Notes under the pieces: generated by a model
What the model saw: only the letters and a program-made list of their open reading frames with translations
Told to the model about the DNA's origin: nothing
Databases searched by the model: none
Program-made: the position numbers and the translations under genes
NCBI GenBank assembly: GCA_947588325.1
Contig: CANPYH010000001.1
Location: forward strand, 20,952-84,951
Length of the DNA: 64,000 bases
Source of the DNA: an uncultured Clostridia bacterium
Lineage (GTDB): Bacteria; Bacillota; Clostridia; Christensenellales; Pumilibacteraceae
Reading direction: 5' to 3'
Shown: in pieces, positions 57,196 to 64,000 of the stretch
Position numbering within the stretch: the stretch's first letter is position 1
How the letters are laid out: each line of letters opens with the position of its first letter

Positions 57196-57936
57196 ATGTC
57201 AGGACATTCCAAGTGGCACAACATACAGCAAGCCAAGGGCAAAGCGGACGCTGCGAGAGGCAAGATTTTCACCAAGATAGGCAGGGAAATTGCCGTTGCG
57301 GTTAAGTCGGGCGGACCCGATCCCAACTCTAACGCCGCGCTCAGAGCGGTTATAGACAAGGCTAAAGCCAATAACATGCCCAAGGACAATATTACGAGGA
57401 GCATTCAGAAGGCTAACGGCGAACTCGGAAACATTAACTATGAGAGTATTGTATACGAGGGCTACGGCACAAACGGCGTCGCCGTCATAGTCGAAGCGCT
57501 TACCGATAACAAGAACAGGACGGGCGGAGAGATTCGTCATATATTCGATCGCTCTGGCGGAAGTCTCGGAACCTCCGGTTGCGTGTCCTATATGTTTACG
57601 ACTAAGGGCGTGATCGAGATCGAGAAAAAGGACGGTATGGACGACGACGAGATGATGATGCTTGCTCTCGACGCGGGTGCGGACGATTTCGACCTCGGCG
57701 ACGGATACTATGAGATACTTACTTCTGTGGATAAGTTTGCCGCCGTTCGTGACGCAATAGCCGCGGCGGGTATTGAGTATTCTTCCGCACAGCTCGACCG
57801 TATACCGCAAAACACGGTAAGGCTCGAAGCCGACGACAGAGACAAATTGCTTAAAATGCTCGACGCGTTCGAGGATAATGACGACGTGCAGAATGTTTAT
57901 CATAACGCCGAGTATGACGAGATAGAAGAGGAGTAA
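57196..57936 (+). CDS. yebC: YebC/PmpR family DNA-binding regulator
   Basis: MSGHSKWHNIQ..KGK.DA.RGK.F.K. Confidence 0.9.
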   Translation: MSGHSKWHNIQQAKGKADAARGKIFTKIGREIAVAVKSGGPDPNSNAALRAVIDKAKANNMPKDNITRSIQKANGELGNINYESIVYEGYGTNGVAVIVEALTDNKNRTGGEIRHIFDRSGGSLGTSGCVSYMFTTKGVIEIEKKDGMDDDEMMMLALDAGADDFDLGDGYYEILTSVDKFAAVRDAIAAAGIEYSSAQLDRIPQNTVRLEADDRDKLLKMLDAFEDNDDVQNVYHNAEYDEIEEE

Positions 57937-57940
57937 GCGT

Positions 57941-59179
57941 ATGACTGTTGAAGAGACTTGCCGGGCGGCAAAACAAAACGTTTCATATCCCGCTTTGCTT
58001 TCCACCGAGGACAAAAACAAAATGCTCGGTATCATTGCCGATGCAATCGTTTCGCGTGCAGATGATATCCTTCGCGCCAACGCCGAGGATATTGCGAACG
58101 GAAAGGACCTTGCGCCACATATGATAGACAGGCTTAAACTTTCGAAAGAGCGGCTTGACGGCATTAGCAAGGGAATTACCGATCTGATAGCGTTGGACGA
58201 CCCTATAGGCAAAACTGCCGCAGAGTGGGAGAACCATGCTGGACTGAAAATCAGAAAGGTTGCCGTGCCTCTCGGCGTTATCGGCATTATCTACGAAGCG
58301 CGCCCCAACGTTACCTGCGACGTTGTTGCGCTCTGTATAAAGACGGGCAACGCGATAGTTCTTCGCGGCAGTAAAGACGCTATCCTTTCCAACAAAGCGA
58401 TTGTCAAAGTTATCAAAACCGCGCTTAAAGATGCGGGCTACAACCCCGAGTTTATACAGCTGATAGAGGACACGACGCGCGAAGGCGCCGAGCGGTTTAT
58501 GCACGCTGACGAATTTGTTGACGTGTTGATTCCTCGCGGTTCAGCCGGGCTTATCAAGACTGTTAAGAAGAACGCGACGATCCCCGTTATCGAAACGGGG
58601 GCGGGCAATTGCCATTTATACCTGGAAAAAACGGGGGATATAGAAATGGCAAAGGAGATACTCATAAACGGTAAGCTCCAGCGCCCGAGCGTCTGCAACG
58701 CGCTTGAAAGTCTGCTCGTCGACCGCTCCATAGCGGATAAGGCGCTGCCTGTGCTCCTTTCGGCAATGGTTGAGCGTAATGTCACCGTTCACGGCTGTGA
58801 GGAGACGGCTGCTATCTTCGGCAACGTTGTGCCAGCTAATGAGGCTGACTACGAAAAGGAGTACCTCGGTTATGAGATATCATGCAAGGTCGTCAGCGGC
58901 ATAGATGAGGCAATAGCGCATATTAACAGGGTAAGCACGCACCATAGCGACGCTATAATTACCAAAGACGAAAAAGCGGCGGAAAAGTTCCTCAAAGAGG
59001 TTGACAGCGCGGCGGTCTATGTGAACGCTTCGACGCGGTTTACGGACGGTTTCGAATTCGGGTTCGGCGCCGAAATGGGAATTTCCACGCAGAAATTACA
59101 TGCAAGGGGACCTATCGGACCCGAGCAGCTTACAAGTTTCAAATACACAATCATCGGACACGGTCAAATAAGAAAGTAA
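57941..59179 (+). CDS. proA: glutamate-5-semialdehyde dehydrogenase
   Basis: PLGVIGIIYEARPNV, CNA.E.LLV and STRFTDG motifs. Confidence 0.9.
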   Translation: MTVEETCRAAKQNVSYPALLSTEDKNKMLGIIADAIVSRADDILRANAEDIANGKDLAPHMIDRLKLSKERLDGISKGITDLIALDDPIGKTAAEWENHAGLKIRKVAVPLGVIGIIYEARPNVTCDVVALCIKTGNAIVLRGSKDAILSNKAIVKVIKTALKDAGYNPEFIQLIEDTTREGAERFMHADEFVDVLIPRGSAGLIKTVKKNATIPVIETGAGNCHLYLEKTGDIEMAKEILINGKLQRPSVCNALESLLVDRSIADKALPVLLSAMVERNVTVHGCEETAAIFGNVVPANEADYEKEYLGYEISCKVVSGIDEAIAHINRVSTHHSDAIITKDEKAAEKFLKEVDSAAVYVNASTRFTDGFEFGFGAEMGISTQKLHARGPIGPEQLTSFKYTIIGHGQIRK

Positions 59180-59184
59180 CTATT

Positions 59185-60162
59185 ATGGATAATACAAAAG
59201 ATAAAGGCATTAAAGGAAAGAAAGTAGAAAATGAGCATTTGCATGACGGTCATCGCGACAGAGTGCGTGACAGGTTCATGTTCCAAGAGGATTTCACTAC
59301 TTTCACCGATCATGAAGCTTTGGAAATGCTGCTGTTCTCCGCAATACAGCGAAAGGATACCAACGCGCTTGCGCACAGGCTTATACAGCATTTCGGGTCG
59401 TTACCGAATGTTTTAGACGCGTCGGTTGCCGATTTATGTACCGTTCCTCAAATGACGAGAAATGCCGCAATCCTCATTAAAGAGATACTTCCGTTAGCGC
59501 GTCGCTATCTTCTTGCAAGGGGAATGGAAAAGGCGGTGTTCAATTCCATAAGGTCAGTAGCAAAGAGGTTTTCTCCCTTCTTTCAGTCGCAACAGCGAGA
59601 AGTAGTGTATGCTTTGTTTCTTAACATAAACGGAGAACTTCTCCAGGGAATCGAACTCGGACGAGGAACGCCAACGAGTACGGAGTTTGACACGGAAAGA
59701 CTTGTGCAGATAGCCCGTTCGTCGAATGCGGTGCGCGTGATATTAATGCACAATCATCCTTCCAACAACGTCCATCCTTCGGAAAATGACATAATGAGCA
59801 CGAACAACGCTATGATTCAGCTCGTTTTCAATAACATCGCGCTGTGGGATCATATTATTTTCGGAGCGGATAACAGATTTTTCAGTTTTTATCAGAACAA
59901 CATCATACATATGATGATGGCGCGTTGCAACCGCGTACTCCATCTCAACATAAGCGATTTATATCTGAAAATGAGGGTTCCCGAAAAATTCAGTAAGTTC
60001 GGAGTAAAGCTGAGCGAGGCGGAGTTTGAAGCAATAGCAGAAAGCATGGACACCGGTACCGCCGATGACGCATATCCGTTCGTTCGTAATATTATGGATT
60101 ATTGCCACGAAAACGGGTTTATTGTGAGCGCCGACGATGAAAACGAATACTCATATATTTGA
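59185..60162 (+). CDS. radC: RadC-like JAB-domain protein with a ~100-aa C-terminal extension
   Basis: GHRDRVRDRF N-terminus and JAMM motif HNHPSNN..PSENDI. Confidence 0.8.
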   Translation: MDNTKDKGIKGKKVENEHLHDGHRDRVRDRFMFQEDFTTFTDHEALEMLLFSAIQRKDTNALAHRLIQHFGSLPNVLDASVADLCTVPQMTRNAAILIKEILPLARRYLLARGMEKAVFNSIRSVAKRFSPFFQSQQREVVYALFLNINGELLQGIELGRGTPTSTEFDTERLVQIARSSNAVRVILMHNHPSNNVHPSENDIMSTNNAMIQLVFNNIALWDHIIFGADNRFFSFYQNNIIHMMMARCNRVLHLNISDLYLKMRVPEKFSKFGVKLSEAEFEAIAESMDTGTADDAYPFVRNIMDYCHENGFIVSADDENEYSYI

Positions 60163-60192
60163 TTGGTAAATAATTCGGCAATGTAAAAATCG

Positions 60193-60226
60193 AAAACGGC
60201 TCCGCATTTTGGTGGGGCCGTTTTGT
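60193..60226 (+). terminator. rho-independent terminator after radC
   Basis: AAAACGGCTCCGC...GGTGGGGCCGTTTT followed by GT. Confidence 0.65.
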
Positions 60227-60483
60227 CACGTAGTCAGCCGACAGGGGAGCGATTGCAAACAGGGCGAGGCGTACTCCGATAATAACGAATCCGATAAAAG
60301 TATAGATGGTACGGCTGTCGTAACAGGCATAAAGTAATATATCGCCACTGTTAGCGATAATAGTAAAACCGCGATGTATACTCTGTTATTGGTTATCTGT
60401 TGTTTGTGTAAAGGTTAAACGCGTGACGTAAATTTGACACAGGTTCTCCGATTAATCGTACAACCGCTATGTAAACTATTTGT

Positions 60484-61116
60484 TTACAGGCTGTCTCTGA
60501 TTAACCCGACTACTTTGCCGATAATCGAAACGTTGCTCGAAATAATCGGCATATATGCGTCGTTTTCGGGCTGGAGGCGAATGTGGTCGTTCTCCCTGTA
60601 AAAGCGTTTGACGGTAACTTCGTCGTCAATCATGGCAACGACTATTTCTCCGTTGTCCGCATCGTCCTGCTTATTAACCGCAATAAGATCTCCGTTGAGT
60701 ATTCCGGCGTTTATCATACTGTCGCCCTTGACGCGGAGCAGGAAGAGGGAAGAGCCGGAGAAAATCGAATCGGGAAATTCGATAGTATCCGAAATGTTTT
60801 CGACAGCAAGTATCGGAACGCCTGCGGAAACTTTGCCGACGACGGGAAGTTTAATCAGACCGCGCGATGCTGTGTTACGCCCGACAACTTCGATTGCACG
60901 ATTTTTCGCGTCATATCGCTTGATCAGACCGAGCTTCTGCATCCTCGTCAAATGATAAAATATCGTCGAAGTTGACTTGATATTCGAATAAGCCATAATC
61001 TCGCGAATTGTGGGAGGGTAGCCGTGCTCATCCATAAACGATATGATATAATCATATATCAATTGTGAGGTTTTGCCGAGATTTTCGGTATTTTTGCTAT
61101 GTATTATGTCTGACAT
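60484..61116 (-). CDS. lexA: LexA repressor
   Basis: GYPPTIREI winged helix, AG cleavage site (VSAGVP), S24 peptidase GDSM and VKRF motifs. Confidence 0.9.
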   Translation of the reverse strand: MSDIIHSKNTENLGKTSQLIYDYIISFMDEHGYPPTIREIMAYSNIKSTSTIFYHLTRMQKLGLIKRYDAKNRAIEVVGRNTASRGLIKLPVVGKVSAGVPILAVENISDTIEFPDSIFSGSSLFLLRVKGDSMINAGILNGDLIAVNKQDDADNGEIVVAMIDDEVTVKRFYRENDHIRLQPENDAYMPIISSNVSIIGKVVGLIRDSL

Positions 61117-61144
61117 AGTATGGTTATTACCTCCTTATGATAAT

Positions 61145-61194
61145 ATGATATCATTTTTTCGATATAAAGTCAATATTTTTAGAATAAATGTTCT
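61145..61194 (-). promoter_or_regulatory. candidate lexA promoter with a degenerate SOS box upstream
   Basis: On the - strand, TTGACT (61173-61168), 17 nt, TATCAT (61150-61145). AGAACATTTATTCT (61194-61181) has one core mismatch to GAAC-N4-GTTC. Confidence 0.35.
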
Positions 61195-61219
61195 AATATT
61201 TATTGCGAACAAAAAGCGA

Positions 61220-62311
61220 TTATTCGTCCTCTGGATCACTGGGATTTTTCACGATAGTGGTGATTTTTGCCGCCTGCCGCTTGTGTTCTTCGCTCATCTG
61301 CGCGTAGTGCCGTTTTGTAGTATTGACGTCCGAGTGTCCGAGAACGTCCGCGACGACATATATGTCCTCGGTGGATTGGTAGAGGTTTGTGGCGTATGTG
61401 CTGCGCAGTTTATGCGGAGTAATTTTTTTGAGCGGAGCAGCGTAATAGGCGTATTTCTTCACGAGTTTTTCGACAGCGCGAACTCCGATTCTGCCGCCCA
61501 TATTGGCGCCGCGCAGGGAATAGAACAGTATGTCTCGATCTTTGATTTTAAGCGCGAAATCGGTTTTATCCCTGATTTGGTCGTCCAGCCACTTCAAATA
61601 ATCCTTCAAAGCCGCCGCAGTCTCTTCGGGTAGGTACAGAATGCTCTTATTTCCGCCTTTGCGCGTTACGGTAAACGAGTTGTTATCGAAGTCTATATCG
61701 CTCTTATTTAGCCCTACAAGCTCGCTTACACGAATTCCCGTACCGAGGAACAGGAAGAGCATTGCGTTGTCTCTGACCCGCGAAAATTCGTTTGCAGCGC
61801 GTTCCCGAGCGGAGAGCATTTTGCCGCTGTCGACGAGGTCCATGAGCTTTCGGACTTCGTCACGCTCGAGCCGTATAATCGGCTTGTCGTGAATCTTCGG
61901 CATGTCTACTTTAAGCGTTACGTTGGTCGAAATCATTTCCTTTTTATAAAGATATTTATAGAGCGAGCGCAGAGACGCTAATTTGCGCTCCTTGGCTTTT
62001 TCGCCGCAAGACAGGCGTTTACCCGATACCTTATAAGACGACAGCGAGTCGAGATAACGCTCGATATCGTACGGGCTGACGTTTTCTATATCAGACAGCG
62101 TGATACAGTCTATGGGCTTACCGGACAATTTGTATTTTGAAAGGTAGTTAAAATAGACGCGTATGTCGAGCGCGTAATTTAGCCTTGTCAATACAGATGT
62201 TCTGAAAGAAATTCCTATAATGAACTGTCCGACAAATTCGGGCAGCTCGGCAAGAACTTCGTCGATCTTTTTCAAATTGATTTCGTCACGCGTGCGGAAA
62301 TAATCACTCAT
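61220..62311 (-). CDS. tyrosine recombinase (XerC/D-phage integrase family)
   Basis: SAM-like N-terminal domain. Catalytic residues all present: GTGIRVSEL (R), HKLRST (H-x-x-R), LGHSDVNTTKRHY (H...Y). Confidence 0.85.
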   Translation of the reverse strand: MSDYFRTRDEINLKKIDEVLAELPEFVGQFIIGISFRTSVLTRLNYALDIRVYFNYLSKYKLSGKPIDCITLSDIENVSPYDIERYLDSLSSYKVSGKRLSCGEKAKERKLASLRSLYKYLYKKEMISTNVTLKVDMPKIHDKPIIRLERDEVRKLMDLVDSGKMLSARERAANEFSRVRDNAMLFLFLGTGIRVSELVGLNKSDIDFDNNSFTVTRKGGNKSILYLPEETAAALKDYLKWLDDQIRDKTDFALKIKDRDILFYSLRGANMGGRIGVRAVEKLVKKYAYYAAPLKKITPHKLRSTYATNLYQSTEDIYVVADVLGHSDVNTTKRHYAQMSEEHKRQAAKITTIVKNPSDPEDE

Positions 62312-62317
62312 AAATTT

Positions 62318-62346
62318 ATTATAGCATCAGATATCTTCTTTGTCAA
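62318..62346 (-). promoter_or_regulatory. perfect consensus promoter placed for a leaderless recombinase mRNA
   Basis: On the - strand, TTGACA (62346-62341), 17 nt, TATAAT (62323-62318), then 6 nt to ATG 62311. Confidence 0.55.
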
Positions 62347-62358
62347 GGTTTTTTCGCT

Positions 62359-62392
62359 ATTTGTTCGTAAAAGCTGACTTTTGCGAACAAAT
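62359..62392. repeat. 15-bp inverted repeat with a 4-nt loop between divergent promoters
   Basis: ATTTGTTCGTAAAAG-CTGA-CTTTTGCGAACAAAT. 14 of 15 positions are complementary, and the mismatch is a G-U pair in + strand RNA. Confidence 0.8.
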
Positions 62393-62444
62393 AAATATAT
62401 TATAAATTTTTGTATTTTTTCTTCCCCATCGGGAGGATTTTGCG

Positions 62445-63062
62445 ATGTCTGTAAATTTCGCAATGTTCTATAAAAAGTATTTGGTTCGTCTGAAGTGTAT
62501 ATGTGTTCTCGGCTGGATAGGTTTGAACCCCGCGGAAATAGTCGGCTTGAAAAAGTCAGAGCTACAGCCCATAGATAATATCGGATACAAAATCTCTACC
62601 CCACGCGGCGAATACGGCGTGTTCGGTAAGATTTTCGGAGTCATCGAGAACCTGCTCCACCTCCAATCGTACAAGGGCTATACCAATCATTATGAGGCTA
62701 ATGAGGACAGCACGGCGCAAAAATCTACCCGCCGCATACACTTGATCGAAAGCGAGTATTTGTTTGCTCCCGCCGTAAAAGGCGTGAACGAGGAGTTTAC
62801 CAAGGGCAGCTTCTGGAACGAGATATATAACTTCAACAAAGTCGCAGCGGTGCTTAACACAGGTAGGGCTATTGTGTTCGGTAACCTATATAAGAACGCC
62901 ATGTTTTCCGAGCTGTATTACTACGGCTCCACCGACGAACTGAGCGATAACGAGCTCCGTGTAAAAATACAGGAGACATTTAAGTGCAATCCACGCACGG
63001 CTCGGGTATACAGAAAGCAGTATCAAAGGTTCGTCAGGGATGTTCGGAATAAGAAAATCTGA
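62445..63062 (+). CDS. hypothetical protein
   Basis: 205-aa ORF preceded by GGGAGG. No family recognised. Confidence 0.5.
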   Translation: MSVNFAMFYKKYLVRLKCICVLGWIGLNPAEIVGLKKSELQPIDNIGYKISTPRGEYGVFGKIFGVIENLLHLQSYKGYTNHYEANEDSTAQKSTRRIHLIESEYLFAPAVKGVNEEFTKGSFWNEIYNFNKVAAVLNTGRAIVFGNLYKNAMFSELYYYGSTDELSDNELRVKIQETFKCNPRTARVYRKQYQRFVRDVRNKKI

Positions 63063-63126
63063 CAAGCGCGGGTAAGAATATAATCGGGTTAGGAAACCTT
63101 TTCACGGAGATAATCCCCTACCGTAA

Positions 63127-63235
63127 TTTTTTCAAGGGAGTTTTTGTAAAAAGCGCAACTTTTTCAAGGGACTTTTGCAGCGCACAAAAAATGAGCGAGT
63201 TTTTTAAGCAAAAGTCACAAAAAATGAGCGAGTTT
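63127..63235 (+). repeat. two pairs of phased direct repeats (iteron-like)
   Basis: TTTTTCAAGGGA at 63128 and 63160 (32-bp phase). CACAAAAAATGAGCGAGTTT at 63183 and 63216 (33-bp phase). Confidence 0.8.
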
Positions 63236-63363
63236 GGGTTATTTTCCTAAACTGTCGGGTTGGAAACGCCGAATCTATCGGAATGAAATCACGAAATCTG
63301 AGGGAGTTAATTATTACTCCCTCTAAATTTTACCTATTACCAAAAAATGTTAAAGGAGCAACT

Positions 63364-63660
63364 ATGCGTATAACAACTTTAGAGGATTTAGGTCTCGGCA
63401 AGGACGACTTATGTCTTGAGCCGAAGAGCGTTGTGGAAATGATATTCCATAACGGTACAAAATTAACGCTGCCCACCCCCATAGGAGTGGATACGTTCGC
63501 GGGTCTATGGGACAGGCAGAAAAACACCATAAAAATACCGACAAGCTATAACGGCATTTTTGTAGCGAAGAAATGTAATGTAGACGCATATTGGGTTTAT
63601 GACGCTCAAGATACGCTTGAATTAAAGCAACCTGTTATTGTCAAAACGTCGATTAGCTAA
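63364..63660 (+). CDS. hypothetical protein (98 aa)
   Basis: AAAGGAGCAACT RBS before the internal ATG 63364. The ORF-track start 63283 lies upstream of a hairpin and has no RBS. Confidence 0.45.
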   Translation: MRITTLEDLGLGKDDLCLEPKSVVEMIFHNGTKLTLPTPIGVDTFAGLWDRQKNTIKIPTSYNGIFVAKKCNVDAYWVYDAQDTLELKQPVIVKTSIS

Positions 63661-63951
63661 TCATATTACAGAATAATCTCCCCTGCTATGCCGCTTCGGT
63701 TTCGGTTGCGGCTCTATTATAAATTGACCACAGATAACGAAAATTCACTTGTCAAGATACTCAAGGCAATACATACATCGGAATTAAGCGACGCCGAAAA
63801 AGACGACGCTATTTTAAGCGTTTTGAGGCTTACTAAGCGCAATAACGAGCACGAAGTCACGAGAGTGCATAAATCGCCGTCAGCGTTTTACAATGACGTC
63901 AAACAGGTAGATAACGCGAATACCGATGCTAATATTCACAAGGAGAGTACC

Positions 63952-64000
63952 ATGAACAAGAGCTTACTCGGTATCTCGGTCGGAAGGGTGCCCAGAAAGG
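63952..64000 (+). CDS. 5' end of an unidentified CDS running off the window
   Basis: AAGGAGAG RBS 5 nt before ATG 63952. The same frame is open from 63688 with no stop, so the true start may be earlier. Confidence 0.3.
   Translation, partial: MNKSLLGISVGRVPRK

Noticed and set aside
57199-58287. 362-aa ORF on the - strand. The same applies to 30049-31332, 51009-52037, 27569-28483 and 45770-46600.
   Set aside because: All are antisense to strongly recognisable housekeeping genes (yebC/proA, mutS, mutS2, miaB, pheT) and have no RBS or motifs. They are shadow ORFs.
62359-62392. Palindrome arms containing GTTCG and CGAAC as LexA (SOS) boxes
   Set aside because: The half-sites face outward (GTTC...GAAC, 17 nt apart) instead of forming CGAAC-N4-GTTCG. 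Neither half has a partner at the correct spacing.

Overview
This window looks like chromosomal DNA from a spore-forming Firmicute, probably Clostridia-like. Evidence: T-box leaders on pheS and thrS, spoVAC/AD/AE plus yunB, a Spo0A-type domain, tRNAs with encoded CCA, and GGAGG-type ribosome-binding sites (RBS). Gene density is high and most of it is conserved housekeeping: argGH, ruvCAB-queA-tgt, nifZ-like/thiI, a PBP1A, miaB-mutS-mutL-miaA-ynbB, pheST, a U32 protein, mutS2, thrS, infC-rpmI-rplT, trmH-like/yebC/proA/radC and lexA. I saw no CRISPR array, no rRNA and no recognisable defence system.

The less ordinary parts are:
1. A complete glucuronide/glucuronate utilisation locus at 2.3-14.1 kb: AraC regulator, LRR lipoprotein, GPH transporter, uxuA, uxuB-like, uxaC, eda, kdgK and a GH2 glucuronidase-like enzyme. 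Its two promoters share an identical phased direct repeat that I propose as the operator.
2. A membrane-anchored PadR fusion protein divergent from a YgjP-like metallopeptidase.
3. An A+T-rich islet next to tRNA-Tyr, with a Zn-ribbon peptide, a DUF1643 protein and an orphan holin pair.
4. A receiver-less Spo0A C-terminal-domain protein.
5. A tyrosine recombinase-lexA tandem followed by a hairpin, iteron-like repeats and unknown genes at the right edge.
6. Several apparently leaderless promoter/ATG arrangements.

All calls rest on reading the ORF track and sequence by eye and on remembered family motifs. No database search, GC calculation or RNA folding was run.
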